Shown here: positions 29,229-39,711 of the stretch, piece after piece | Layout of the letters: each line of letters begins with the position of its first letter | Numbering within the stretch: position 1 is the stretch's first letter | Assembly (NCBI GenBank): GCA_038887515.1 | Contig: JAWAKK010000001.1 | Location: 67,518 to 131,517 of the forward strand | DNA from: Candidatus Nezhaarchaeales archaeon | Lineage (GTDB): Archaea; Thermoproteota; Methanomethylicia; Nezhaarchaeales; WYZ-LMO8 | Direction: 5' to 3' | DNA length: 64,000 bases | Notes under the pieces: generated by a model | Told to the model about the DNA's origin: nothing | The model's database searches: none | Seen by the model: only the letters and a program-made list of their open reading frames with translations | Position numbers and translations under genes: made by a program

Positions 29229-29657
29229 TTACCATTCCTTCAGGACCATCATGGTATTCGTTGACTTAACCCCTCTTATCTTTCTTAAATAATCAATACA
29301 TTTGTTTAAATCGCTTATGTTAGATGACGATAGTACCACTACGAGGTCGTATATTCCTGTTACTTCATACACTTTTTCTACCCCCTCAATTTCTTTGACG
29401 TTGCTTGAAACCTCAGAAGTATCAGTCGAAGTATCAGCCGTTATGAGGGTTATCGCCTTGACTGCTGCTGGTCGATAGACCTCGATGGTGAAGCGCTTTA
29501 TGATACCCATTTTAATCAATTTATCAACCCTCTTCCTTACACCAGCCTCCGATAAGCCCACTTTCTTTGCTATCTCCGTATAGGGAGTCCTAGAATCCTT
29601 AATTAGAATGTCCAATATCGCGCTATCTACGTCATCTAGATAAGACAATATTCGCAC
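29229..29657 (-). CDS. Lrp/AsnC-family transcription regulator (LysM-like).
   Basis: Has an N-terminal HTH (DSRTPYTEIAKKVGLSEAGVRKRVDKL) and a C-terminal RAM domain. It sits within the lysine/arginine cluster. Confidence 0.8.
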   Translation of the reverse strand: MRILSYLDDVDSAILDILIKDSRTPYTEIAKKVGLSEAGVRKRVDKLIKMGIIKRFTIEVYRPAAVKAITLITADTSTDTSEVSSNVKEIEGVEKVYEVTGIYDLVVVLSSSNISDLNKCIDYLRKIRGVKSTNTMMVLKEW

Positions 29658-29711
29658 CCTCTAGTGCGATTATCGTAATTAAGAGCCCCTAAAAATCCGC
29701 AGACGCTTACG

Positions 29712-30821
29712 TTAAAAAGTTTTACTTTTAATGTGCTCTATCCATAGCAGAGTTCTCGACAGGACGTTTATTGACTTCAGGTATTCCTCAATACTTACTC
29801 TTTCCCAAGGTGTATGATCTAGACTTGAATCCCCAGGGCCGTAGGCAGCCATCTCTGTTCGATTCCATTTGGACGCCGCTACATTAATATCACTTGTCCC
29901 AGTCTTGTACACAAAGCCCGGCTTAGTTCCAAGTTCTTCAGAAACTGCTCTACTAAATGCTCTTGCAACAGTAGTAGTCCTACTTGAAACATAGGCTTCG
30001 ACACACTCCCCCCAATCGACTTTCACTTTAATGCTCCTGGTGTTCGCAAAATTACTCGTAGCTTCCATCACAATTTTAATTACGTCCTTACATTTGATCG
30101 TCGGCGGTATTCTAACATTGAACCTAAAGTTGCACTTCGATGGGACGAGCGTAGATGTTCCGCCACCACTTACTGATGTCAGGCAGTACGTTAATGAATA
30201 GAACTTGCTATCTTCCTTATGGTAAACATTAAAAGCTCTTTTCAGTTCCTCCCATAGAAGCCACGCTTCTTCAATAGAGTTTTTAAATAGCCACGGGCTA
30301 GCAGAATGCCCTCCATCGGTCTCAACAGAGACGTTGAAAGTTATGCTTCCTTTATACCCCAACACTAAGCACGAGACTCCACTAGGCTCTCCAAATATTG
30401 CTATGTCCGGCTCTTCGATCGTATCCATTAAGTGGTACATACCTTTACTCGATCCTTCTTCTTCAACCACGCCTGCTACTATTACGTTGAGGTTATTGGC
30501 TCCAAGGCTAACATACTTCTTGGCAGCCAATACGAGCGTGGCCAAGGGGCCCTTCGCATCTACAGCACCTCTCCCCCATATTTCTCCATCTTCAACCTTA
30601 ATTGGTATGAAGCCAGGGACTGTGTCCATGTGCCCACACAGCAGTATTCTAGGACCCCTACCTTCTACCTCCCCAATAACGTTCCCCGCAGCGTCTATGT
30701 ATGCTTTAAAGCCTAAATCCTTCATCTTCGAGTAGAGCAATCTAGCTAGCTCAGCTTCTTGGCCGGTTGGACTGTAAACCCTTAAAATATCTAGTAAAAA
30801 ATCCACTTCAAAGCTTGACAT
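29712..30821 (-). CDS. lysK: M20-family deacylase, either [LysW]-lysine/ornithine hydrolase or acetylornithine deacetylase.
   Basis: Carries the M20 metal-binding motifs LLCGHMDTV and GRGAVDAKG. Confidence 0.8.
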   Translation of the reverse strand: MSSFEVDFLLDILRVYSPTGQEAELARLLYSKMKDLGFKAYIDAAGNVIGEVEGRGPRILLCGHMDTVPGFIPIKVEDGEIWGRGAVDAKGPLATLVLAAKKYVSLGANNLNVIVAGVVEEEGSSKGMYHLMDTIEEPDIAIFGEPSGVSCLVLGYKGSITFNVSVETDGGHSASPWLFKNSIEEAWLLWEELKRAFNVYHKEDSKFYSLTYCLTSVSGGGTSTLVPSKCNFRFNVRIPPTIKCKDVIKIVMEATSNFANTRSIKVKVDWGECVEAYVSSRTTTVARAFSRAVSEELGTKPGFVYKTGTSDINVAASKWNRTEMAAYGPGDSSLDHTPWERVSIEEYLKSINVLSRTLLWIEHIKSKTF

Positions 30822-31989
30822 TGCTTAACACTCTTTCAAGGGAGTGAACCACTATGTTGACTTCATCCTTTGTTAAACAAAGTGGAGGCAAGAACCTAAT
30901 GGTTGTTCTCCCTGAGTAAGGAGCCAAGACTCCTTCATTTATTAGAGAGAGCAGAGACTCTTTGACGTCAATTCTAAGTTCTACGGCTTGCATGAACCCC
31001 ATCCCCCTAACGTCTCTTATGATTTTGAACTTCTCCTTAAGTTCTTTAAGCGTATCAAACATGTACCTACCAGTTAAATTACAATTTTCAAGTAATCCGT
31101 CCTCAAGTATGGCGTCAAGAGTCGCCGTAGCTGCTGCACACGCTAGTGGGCTACCTCCGAAAGTAGTTGTATGTTCGCCCACTCTCATCTTAGATGCCAC
31201 CTCCTCTCTTGCAGCTGTAGCGCCCATCGGGATTCCACTAGCTATACCCTTTGCCATACACATGATGTCCGGCTCTACTCCCCAATGTTCGCAGGCCCAA
31301 AGCTTGCCTGTTCTACCAAAGCCTGTTTGAACTTCGTCAACTATTAATAAGATATTTCTTCTAAGGCATTCTTCTCTTACTTGAGGTAAGAAATCACTTG
31401 GAGGGAGTATCACTCCGCTCTCGCCTTGGATTGGTTCAACGATTACTGCCGCAACATCATCGGTCATAGACTCTTTCAACTTTTCAATATTGCCGTAGGG
31501 AACAAACTTAACAAAACGAGGGAGAGGCTCAAATGGCTCTCTATACTTTTGGTCCCACGTGAGGGTCAAGGCTCCGAGGGTTTTTCCATGATAGCCTCTC
31601 ATCATGGATATTATGGTTCTCTTGCCTGTAGCCTTCCAAGCCATCTTTATAGCCGCTTCAACAGCCTCAGCTCCACTATTGCATAAGTAGACCCTTGTCA
31701 ATCCTTTAGGCAAGACTCTAACTAACTTTTCAAGATATTTAGCCCTGACATCATTGTAATATGAACCATGACATGCTATAAGTATCTCACATTGTTCCTT
31801 TATAGCCTTAACGACCCTTGGATTGCAGTGACCTACGAGCGCAGCGCCATAACCAGCTACACAATCTATATATTCTCTACCGTTTTCATCCCATACCCTA
31901 GCGCCAAGACCTCTGACGATTGTGACTGGGAACTTTTGATACGTGGGGACTAAGTAGGAGTCTTCTAGATGTTTATAATTAATTGTCAA
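30808..31989 (-). CDS. lysJ: Class III PLP aminotransferase (LysJ/ArgD).
   Basis: Has the aminotransferase class III fold and a PLP-binding lysine region (DIMCMAKGI). Confidence 0.85.
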   Translation of the reverse strand: MTINYKHLEDSYLVPTYQKFPVTIVRGLGARVWDENGREYIDCVAGYGAALVGHCNPRVVKAIKEQCEILIACHGSYYNDVRAKYLEKLVRVLPKGLTRVYLCNSGAEAVEAAIKMAWKATGKRTIISMMRGYHGKTLGALTLTWDQKYREPFEPLPRFVKFVPYGNIEKLKESMTDDVAAVIVEPIQGESGVILPPSDFLPQVREECLRRNILLIVDEVQTGFGRTGKLWACEHWGVEPDIMCMAKGIASGIPMGATAAREEVASKMRVGEHTTTFGGSPLACAAATATLDAILEDGLLENCNLTGRYMFDTLKELKEKFKIIRDVRGMGFMQAVELRIDVKESLLSLINEGVLAPYSGRTTIRFLPPLCLTKDEVNIVVHSLERVLSNVKL

Positions 31990-32800
31990 TGGTAACCACC
32001 GTGCCCCTACCCATTAGCGCATTCGTAATGGGCTTTTCTTTAAGCCCCGAAGCAATGATGACTTCTTTAACACCTCCTTCCAAAGCCTCAATGGCGGCGT
32101 AAAGTTTCGTTATCATACCTGCACCTACAAGCTTCAGCGCCGACTTGGCCTTACTTAAGTCCATTTTTTCCACCAGCTTATCGTTCAATAAGACTCCTTC
32201 GACATCTGTTAATAGTATCAAAGCTTCAGCTTTCAGCGCTTTAGCTATGTTGGCTGCAGCCCTATCGCCGTCAACGTTTAGGACCTCATATTCGTCTCCG
32301 ATCGCTACGGGGGCGATTACAGGTGTCAGACCTTTATCCAATAGAACGCTTAAGATTTCAGCGTCAACGCTTACGATTCTCCCAGTATATCCTCCCTCTA
32401 TTGCTCTTTTCCTCCCCCTCTCATCTATTATGATAAGCTTCTTCTTGCGTTCAGCTCTAAGCATTCCAACATCTACACCTGATATTCCCACAGCCCTAAC
32501 GCCTGCCTTAAGAAGAGAAACTACGACCTCTTTGTTTATCTTGCCTGCCATTACCATCATGTAAATTTCAGCGGTCTCTTTATCGGTATACCTGCTTCTG
32601 AAACCTTCGGGCGACATAATGAAAACCTGTGGCTTTCCGAGCTTTTCGGCTATTGCTGTTACTACATCTCCTCCACCATGAACTACCACTACTTTCTCTT
32701 TAGTTGAAACTTCAGCTATGTCCTTGGCAAGTCTGTCGAGAACTTCTTTATTAGCTACCAGGTCCCCTCCAAACTTTACTATTACGACCAAAGGGACCAC
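31979..32800 (-). CDS. lysZ: Amino-acid kinase family protein (LysZ/ArgB).
   Basis: Carries the VVKFGG and VVVHGGG motifs of the acetylglutamate kinase family. Confidence 0.85.
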   Translation of the reverse strand: MVPLVVIVKFGGDLVANKEVLDRLAKDIAEVSTKEKVVVVHGGGDVVTAIAEKLGKPQVFIMSPEGFRSRYTDKETAEIYMMVMAGKINKEVVVSLLKAGVRAVGISGVDVGMLRAERKKKLIIIDERGRKRAIEGGYTGRIVSVDAEILSVLLDKGLTPVIAPVAIGDEYEVLNVDGDRAAANIAKALKAEALILLTDVEGVLLNDKLVEKMDLSKAKSALKLVGAGMITKLYAAIEALEGGVKEVIIASGLKEKPITNALMGRGTVVTIDN

Positions 32801-33859
32801 CTATATTGGATGGAAACCGCAGAAGTCTAAACCGGTTCTCTCGTCTACTCCTATTAGAATGTTGAAGCATTGAACGGCTTGTCCAGCTGCTCCCTTCATT
32901 AAGTTATCTATTGCTCCTAACGCAACTATACGATTAATGTGCGGATCTATTTCAAAGCCTACGTCACAGAAGTTGGTTCCTATGACGACTTTGGGATCTG
33001 GGAGTCTGTAGATCCCCTTCTTATCCTTCACTATCCTAATGAATGGCTCCTTGGCGTACATCTCTCTATACATCTTCCATAGATCTACAAGCTTCAATTC
33101 CCTATTGATATATACGTGACAGGTGGCTAAGATGCCTCGAACTATGTTAACTGCATGGGCTGACATTGCTGCCCTTACAGGTCTCCTAGCCAACAATGAA
33201 AGCTCTTGCTCTATTTCGCCGGTATGCCTATGGCCGACAGGGGCGTAAGGTCTGACAACTCCAAATCTTTCAGCATGCATTGTAGCTTGCGAAGGACTCG
33301 TCCCAGCACCTGAAGACCCTATTTTGACGTCAACTACTATGTGTTCAACGTCTACAGCGTCACTTTTAACCAGAGGGGCCAATGCAAGTATTGACGCCGT
33401 CGACATACAACCTGGGCACGCTACTATTCTTGTCCTCCTTATTTCCTCTCGATGTAGCTCCGGTAAGCCGTAAACTGCCTCCTTTAGCAATTCTGGTACT
33501 GGGTGCCTCCAATTATACCACTTCTCGTAGAGCTGGGGATCTCTAAACCTAAAGTCGGCACTTAGATCTATTACTTTAATGCCAGTTTCTACGAGTTGAG
33601 CGGTTAACTTGGCTGACTGTTTGTGTGGAACCGCCAAGAATACTACATCGCAGTTCTCTGTTAACCTCTTAAAGTCTGGCGGCGTAAAAACTAGATCAGT
33701 TATCTTTCTCAAATTAGCGTGAACCCTGAAGACGTACTCGCCAGCGTACTTTGTCGACGTTGCAACCGTTACTTCAACGTTCGGGTGATGAAGAAGTAAG
33801 CGGAGTAGCTCTCCGCCTACAAAGCCTGAAGCCCCGACAATACCAACCCTTTTCTTCAT
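32801..33859 (-). CDS. lysY: N-acetyl-gamma-glutamyl-phosphate / LysW-aminoadipyl-phosphate reductase (LysY/ArgC).
   Basis: Has a GIVGASGFVGGEL Rossmann N-terminus and a catalytic cysteine region (PGCMSTA). Confidence 0.85.
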   Translation of the reverse strand: MKKRVGIVGASGFVGGELLRLLLHHPNVEVTVATSTKYAGEYVFRVHANLRKITDLVFTPPDFKRLTENCDVVFLAVPHKQSAKLTAQLVETGIKVIDLSADFRFRDPQLYEKWYNWRHPVPELLKEAVYGLPELHREEIRRTRIVACPGCMSTASILALAPLVKSDAVDVEHIVVDVKIGSSGAGTSPSQATMHAERFGVVRPYAPVGHRHTGEIEQELSLLARRPVRAAMSAHAVNIVRGILATCHVYINRELKLVDLWKMYREMYAKEPFIRIVKDKKGIYRLPDPKVVIGTNFCDVGFEIDPHINRIVALGAIDNLMKGAAGQAVQCFNILIGVDERTGLDFCGFHPI

Positions 33860-34701
33860 TTCTTTGCCTCCCTAATCAAGTAATCTGCAATTTTACCAGC
33901 TATATCTACACCTGTCGCTGAATATGCACCTTTAAATTCAACTGTTGTATTTATTTCGTTAATAAGCAACCCTCTCTTACTCTCTAAACAATCAACTCCA
34001 ACTACTTCCCCGTTGATCGCCTTTGCTGCCTTCAAAACTAACTCGCACTGTTCTTCATTTAGGAGACATGCTTCAGCTCTCCCTCCGAGAGCTATGTTCG
34101 TCCTCCACTCTCCTATGGGAGCATAACGATATATCGATGTAATAACTTCGTCACCTATCACTAGCGACCTTATGTCTCTTGAGGGCTTATCCACATATTC
34201 TTGAATATAAAATATATTATGAAGTACCGGTTCTAAGTATTCTCTATGTTCAAATATTGCCTTAGCATGCTCGTAATCTCTTAGCAAGGCTAACAATCTA
34301 CCCCAGCTGCCTACCACTGGTTTAACAACCGCTGGCAGACCAATTTCGTTTAGGGCCTGCAATGCTCCTTCTGTGGTAAATGCAACGACAAATTTAGGTA
34401 TAGGTATCTTGGCCTTAGCCAATTCAAGCGACGTAAGAAGTTTATCTCCTCCGATCAGCAACGTTCGAAACGAATTGACAACCCTTACGCCTTCCGCCTC
34501 CAAGATGGCTGCCCAATAAAGCCCTCTAAAGTGGCTTAGACACCTGTTTAAAACTATGTCACCAAGATCTCTGACCTTTCCATAAACTGCTACCTTGACC
34601 TTTGCGTCTACCATTTCAACGTCTATACCTCTACCTCTTAGAGCATCTAGTATTGCCTTCTCCTCCCATCTTAACCTATCATAGAGCAAGGATATCTTCA
34701 A
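33856..34701 (-). CDS. argX: Second RimK-family ATP-grasp ligase, assigned as ArgX (glutamate--LysW ligase).
   Basis: Paralog of the 28124-28984 gene. It lies next to argG and argH. Confidence 0.65.
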   Translation of the reverse strand: MKISLLYDRLRWEEKAILDALRGRGIDVEMVDAKVKVAVYGKVRDLGDIVLNRCLSHFRGLYWAAILEAEGVRVVNSFRTLLIGGDKLLTSLELAKAKIPIPKFVVAFTTEGALQALNEIGLPAVVKPVVGSWGRLLALLRDYEHAKAIFEHREYLEPVLHNIFYIQEYVDKPSRDIRSLVIGDEVITSIYRYAPIGEWRTNIALGGRAEACLLNEEQCELVLKAAKAINGEVVGVDCLESKRGLLINEINTTVEFKGAYSATGVDIAGKIADYLIREAKK

Positions 34702-34702
34702 C

Positions 34703-36199
34703 TCACGACACCTCGAGATTCTTAGCTTCGCTCTCGAGCAAGAGGTCTATGCCCTCAACAATAATCTTCAAGTTGCGTATCTTGTCTTCATCCTTTAACA
34801 GCTTGAGCTTACGGTTATTGATCATATCCCTAACAGAGTCGTGTGAGGGTCCTCCACGAGCTCGGTATTTAGCCACGCACTTTTCAACGTTCAGAGAATC
34901 CTTAATGAGCTTCTCATCTACTTTTATTGGAAAGCCCTCAAGCATTGAAGCTTGCTCAATCATTTGAGGGGTTATTTCGCGGGGGGACAGACCTCTATTC
35001 ACAGCATCTTTTACGACTCTGCCTACTATCCTATGAGCTACTCTAAACGGTACATTAAATTGTCTTACAAGCTCGTTTGCAAGCTCCGTAGCGGTAGAAA
35101 AACCGAGCTCGGCGGCTTCATGCATTCTCTTTTCATTGAACTGTAGCCCCTCAACAGCCCCCCTCATGACCCTAAGGGACCTTAACGTCTCTTCGACGGA
35201 TAGCCATATCAAAGGTGTAACTTCTTGCAAATCCAAGTTATAGCTCAACGGTAACCTCTTTAGGATACTCAAAGCCGAGAAAAACATCCCTACGACTTGA
35301 GAAGCCCTTGCCCTAGCCACTTCCGCTACTACGGGGTTCTTCTTTTGCGGCATTATGCTACTGGTTGAAGAATATTTATCCGGTAATTCTACAAAACCGA
35401 ACTCCCATGTACTCCACAGCACCAACTCTTCGGCTAACTCGCTTAAGTGTACCATTATCATGGCCGAAGCAAAAGCTATATCAATCATAAAGTCTCTGTC
35501 GGAGACCGCATCAATTGTGTTTTCTTGTACCCTCGAGAACCCCAAAAGCTTGGCTACATATTCTCTATCTATATTAAAGCTACTGCCGGCAAGCGCAGCA
35601 CTCCCCATCGGGCTTTCGTCGAGCCTTTCGTAAACCTCAAACAACCTATTGATATCTCTATCGAACTTGTCGTGATATGCCAAAAGGTAATGTGCAAGCG
35701 TGACCGGCTGCGCATGTTGAAGATGCGTGTAGCCCGGCATCACAGTATTGACATGCCTCTCGCATTGAATAAGTAATGCCTCCTTGAACTTTAAAAGCTC
35801 ATACATCATTTCAATTATAAACCTCTTAGCTGTAATTCTCAAGGCTGTTGCTACTTGATCATTCCTGCTCTTACCTGTATGTAGTTTTCCGCCTATCTCC
35901 ACTCCAACTTCTCTAATTACTTCATCTTCAATGCACATGTGTACATCTTCAAGATCCTTCTTTAACTCAAATCCTTGAAGAAGCTTTTTCAATACTTGGT
36001 AAAGCACTTTACCATCAGCTAAATTTATGATTCCTTGTTTGACAAGCATTAATAGATGTGCTATGTTTACCCTTACTACATCTAAGGCTATTCTATCGTC
36101 AAAGAATATTGACGATGTGTATTGAGTTGCTTCATTACTTGGCATTTCGACCCTTGTTCCCCACATCATGCTCACTGCGACCACCTCTCGACCTAGCAA
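34703..36199 (-). CDS. argH: Argininosuccinate lyase.
   Basis: Has the fumarase/aspartase family signature (GSSIMPQKKNP). The probable start is the internal Met at about 36169. Confidence 0.85.
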   Translation of the reverse strand: MLGREVVAVSMMWGTRVEMPSNEATQYTSSIFFDDRIALDVVRVNIAHLLMLVKQGIINLADGKVLYQVLKKLLQGFELKKDLEDVHMCIEDEVIREVGVEIGGKLHTGKSRNDQVATALRITAKRFIIEMMYELLKFKEALLIQCERHVNTVMPGYTHLQHAQPVTLAHYLLAYHDKFDRDINRLFEVYERLDESPMGSAALAGSSFNIDREYVAKLLGFSRVQENTIDAVSDRDFMIDIAFASAMIMVHLSELAEELVLWSTWEFGFVELPDKYSSTSSIMPQKKNPVVAEVARARASQVVGMFFSALSILKRLPLSYNLDLQEVTPLIWLSVEETLRSLRVMRGAVEGLQFNEKRMHEAAELGFSTATELANELVRQFNVPFRVAHRIVGRVVKDAVNRGLSPREITPQMIEQASMLEGFPIKVDEKLIKDSLNVEKCVAKYRARGGPSHDSVRDMINNRKLKLLKDEDKIRNLKIIVEGIDLLLESEAKNLEVS

Positions 36200-37358
36200 G
36201 GTATGTTTGCAAACCCCAAAGCTCTATGAAACCCTTAGCAAGTTTCTGATCGAACTTGCTCCATTCCTCATAAGTTGCGAGATCAAGCTCGTAGAGGGAC
36301 TTGATAGACCTTCTACCGACTACAATAACCATGCCCTTGTAAAGCTTTAACTTAACGTCCCCTTCGACTCTCTCTTGGGTCTTATCTATAAAGGCTTCAA
36401 GACCTTCACGAAGAGGATCGCACCATAAGCCCTCGTATACAAGTCTGCTCCACTTATCATCAACCATCGATTTGAACTCCAATTCATGCTTAGTTAAGGT
36501 CATTTTTTCAAGATCCTTATGGGCCTCAATTATACAAATTGCAGCAGGTGCCTCGTAGACTTCTCTACTCTTTATGCCAACGACACGGTCTTCTATATGG
36601 TCTATTCTACCAACACCATGTAGCCCAGCGAACCTATTCAGGGAGATTATTAAGTCCTTTAAATCCATCTTGACGCCATTAAGCGCAGTGGGCACCCCCC
36701 TTTCAAACGTTAAGGTCACGTAAGCGGGCTCGTTAGGAGCTTTAACTGGGTCTATCGTCCATTCAAATGCGTCTTCAGGAGGTTCCGCATAGGGATCGTC
36801 AAGGGGGCCACACTCTATGGATCTCCCCCACAAGTTTTGGTCTATGCTGTAAGGTTTACTTTTTATTGATATAGGGATACCCCTTTCTCTGGCATACTCA
36901 ACCTCCTTATCCCTACTTAATTCCCATTCTCGTACTGGGGCTATGATCTTCAAGTGAGGGGCTAATGCTTTAACGGTAACTTCTATCCTAACTTGATCAT
37001 TCCCTTTGCCAGTACATCCATGAGCTACCGCATCCGCCTTCTCCTTCAAAGCCACTTCAACAAGTTTTTCGGCAATAAGTGGTCTAGAGAGAGCGCTATG
37101 AAGCGGATACTTACCTTCATAAAGTGCGTTCGCTTTTATTGCTCGTGCAACAAACCTGTTGACGAAATCGTCTATAGCATTTATCGAGTAGTGCTTGTAT
37201 ACTCCTAGGTCCTTAGCTTTTTTCTCTATCGCCTTAAGGTCCTCCATCTGTCCAACATCTAGTGTCACAGTTATTACGTCAGCATCGTACTTTTCCTGCA
37301 ACCATTTAATTGCGACTGATGTATCTAACCCTCCTGAATACGCCAATACTACCTTCAT
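36135..37358 (-). CDS. argG: Argininosuccinate synthase.
   Basis: Has the VVLAYSGGLDTS PP-loop. Confidence 0.9.
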   Translation of the reverse strand: MKVVLAYSGGLDTSVAIKWLQEKYDADVITVTLDVGQMEDLKAIEKKAKDLGVYKHYSINAIDDFVNRFVARAIKANALYEGKYPLHSALSRPLIAEKLVEVALKEKADAVAHGCTGKGNDQVRIEVTVKALAPHLKIIAPVREWELSRDKEVEYARERGIPISIKSKPYSIDQNLWGRSIECGPLDDPYAEPPEDAFEWTIDPVKAPNEPAYVTLTFERGVPTALNGVKMDLKDLIISLNRFAGLHGVGRIDHIEDRVVGIKSREVYEAPAAICIIEAHKDLEKMTLTKHELEFKSMVDDKWSRLVYEGLWCDPLREGLEAFIDKTQERVEGDVKLKLYKGMVIVVGRRSIKSLYELDLATYEEWSKFDQKLAKGFIELWGLQTYLARSRGGRSEHDVGNKGRNAK

Positions 37359-37532
37359 AACTCTCTACACTCAATCAGAGATAGAGAGTAGCTTAAAAGA
37401 TGTCTTATATAAACGTTTCTTTCTTTTAAACTATCCTTATATTTTAAATTAATAAAATTTAGGAATCCTCAAAGGTCTGACTGAAAATACTTAAGACTAA
37501 GCTACCCCAACAACTTTAAATGGCGATCCTAT

Positions 37533-37859
37533 ATGAAGGGATGCCACCTCGTCGTTCTAATAACTTTCCCCTCAAAAGAAGAGGCTTTCAAAGCATCGAA
37601 GAGGCTCGTTGAAGAGGGCCTAGCTGCTTGCGTAAATGTTGTAGAGAATGTTCATTCCTTCTTCATATTCGAAGGCAAATTCGAGGAATGCAATGAATCT
37701 TTGGCAGTAATTAAGACCAAGCTTGACGTCTTGCCAAAGCTTATAGAAGTAGTGCGATCTATCCATTCGTATAGCGTCCCTGAAATAATCGCTCTACCAA
37801 TAATTGCCGGTTATGATGATTACTTAAAATGGATTGACGAAAGTTTAGGGTGTAGGTAG
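37533..37859 (+). CDS. cutA: CutA1 divalent-cation tolerance protein.
   Basis: 108-aa product with a CutA-like sequence. Confidence 0.75.
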   Translation: MKGCHLVVLITFPSKEEAFKASKRLVEEGLAACVNVVENVHSFFIFEGKFEECNESLAVIKTKLDVLPKLIEVVRSIHSYSVPEIIALPIIAGYDDYLKWIDESLGCR

Positions 37860-38642
37860 TTGCCGATTAGGGGTCTAATAATAGACTTGGATGGTTGCGT
37901 CTACATAGGAGATAAGCCCATATACGGGGTACAAGAAGCATTGCAAAAACTTAGATCTAAAGGCATAAAGGTACTCTTCTTAACAAATAATTCAACTAAG
38001 ACGCCTCAAGAGTACCTCAGTAAGCTTGAGAGCATGAACATTAAAGCATCCCTTCAGGAAATCTTAACCTCAAGCGTTATAGCAGCATCATACGTAAAAC
38101 GTGTTTACGGTCCTTCAAGGGTATATGTGGTGGGCACAAGAGCTTTAGAAGAAGTATTAAAGTTCTACGGCCACGAAGTTGTTGACGCGGGTTCCGAGGT
38201 CGTGATAGCTGGACTCGACTTTAACTTCAACTATCAAAAGCTTTCAAGGGCCTCGAAAGAGATAAGAAGAGGCGCTAGGTTCATAGCTACTAATGCTGAT
38301 GCCACCATACCGATGGAAGAAGACGTTATGCCCGGTGCAGGCCCAATAGTTAAGGCCATAGAGGTTGCGTCCGGAGTAAAACCGTTAATTGTTGGGAAAC
38401 CATCGAAAATAGCTATTAAAGAAGCCCTTAGGCTTTTAAAACTTAGGCCGGAGGAGGTTTTGATTGTAGGAGACAGACCGGAAACGGATATAAAGATGGG
38501 TAAAAAGTTCAATTGTTTGACGGCTTTAGTTTTGACCGGTGTAATTAAGAAAGAAAGTTTAGAAAGTATGCCAAAGTCACTTAAACCAAACTTAGTCGTT
38601 GACAGCTTGAGAGACTTGGTCGACAAAATTGACGATCTCTAA
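37860..38642 (+). CDS. HAD-superfamily subfamily IIA hydrolase (NagD-like).
   Basis: Has motif I (IIDLDG) and a C-terminal GDRPETD motif. Confidence 0.75.
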   Translation: MPIRGLIIDLDGCVYIGDKPIYGVQEALQKLRSKGIKVLFLTNNSTKTPQEYLSKLESMNIKASLQEILTSSVIAASYVKRVYGPSRVYVVGTRALEEVLKFYGHEVVDAGSEVVIAGLDFNFNYQKLSRASKEIRRGARFIATNADATIPMEEDVMPGAGPIVKAIEVASGVKPLIVGKPSKIAIKEALRLLKLRPEEVLIVGDRPETDIKMGKKFNCLTALVLTGVIKKESLESMPKSLKPNLVVDSLRDLVDKIDDL

Positions 38643-39127
38643 TTGCTTTTTTTAGGTGTACTCACACCGATTTCATAGACATATATTTTGTGGTCACACC
38701 AATAATCCTTTACGCTCTCGACATGAATTGGTTTCCAGCCAGGTACCTCAAAGTCGTGAGATACTACCCTAGCACCAATCCTTAATTCTTTTTCAAGTTT
38801 AGGCTTTAACTTCTCATTGACGCTCGTCAGTAGGTATAATGTCACAACGCTAGCCTCGCTTATGTCTACTTGGAAAAAGTCACCATTAATCACTTTAACC
38901 CTCCCCTCGAGACCATCCATTTTAACCTTTTTCAATATCTGCTCATAAAGATCCTTTCTTATTTCAACACCAACGGCCTTAGCCCCGAACTCCCTTGCCG
39001 CCATAACTATTATCCTACCATCACCTGCACCTAAATCGTACACCACATCGTTAGGGCCAACATTAGCTAGCTCAAGCATCCTTCGAACAACGTGCTCTGG
39101 AGTAGATACAAAGGGGACGTCGACCAC
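38639..39127 (-). CDS. Small class I SAM-dependent methyltransferase.
   Basis: Has a VYDLGAGDGRI glycine-rich SAM loop. Confidence 0.55.
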   Translation of the reverse strand: MVDVPFVSTPEHVVRRMLELANVGPNDVVYDLGAGDGRIIVMAAREFGAKAVGVEIRKDLYEQILKKVKMDGLEGRVKVINGDFFQVDISEASVVTLYLLTSVNEKLKPKLEKELRIGARVVSHDFEVPGWKPIHVESVKDYWCDHKIYVYEIGVSTPKKSN

Positions 39128-39282
39128 TCTAACCCCCTTCTTAGGGGAGGGGATCGTGCCTAAATTTATTTTGTTCCGTTTTTTAAATGGACGCTTTAAT
39201 GGATCTCAAAGGTGCTGCGATGTTCTTCCAAGTCAATAGAGAAGAAGGGGACAAAGTTAAAAGTGACCACTGTTAATCCTTC

Positions 39283-39711
39283 TTGAGGGTTGAGAAATTG
39301 ATGTACCAACCTGACCGTACGCTCCTTAAGAGTCTGGTAGAGTGGGTCGAAAGCCAGAAGAAAGCCCTTGAAGGTGCCAAGGAGTCACTAAAAGAGCTAG
39401 AAGGGGCTGATAGGCTAATGTTGATATTGGCTTCTAGGAATGCTTGTTACCATATAGCTAGGACCATTAGAGGGTTCGACAGCTGGCTTCAAAACCCCAT
39501 GGTTATAGGACTTATGCCGCCAGAAATGGTCAAAGAAGTTCAAGAGAAACTCTATGAGATAATGTTCATGTTAATGGAGTTCGATATAAAGCACACAAGC
39601 GAGTTTGTCGAGCTACTATCGAAACTTATGGATGAAGGAAAGTTGCCAAAAGTACTTTTCGAAAAACCTGAAAGAAAGGAGGAAGGGCGAAGGCTTCCGT
39701 ACATGTTCTAG
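39283..39711 (+). CDS. Hypothetical protein.
   Basis: The ORF has coding-like composition but no motif I recognise. Confidence 0.35.
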   Translation: MRVEKLMYQPDRTLLKSLVEWVESQKKALEGAKESLKELEGADRLMLILASRNACYHIARTIRGFDSWLQNPMVIGLMPPEMVKEVQEKLYEIMFMLMEFDIKHTSEFVELLSKLMDEGKLPKVLFEKPERKEEGRRLPYMF

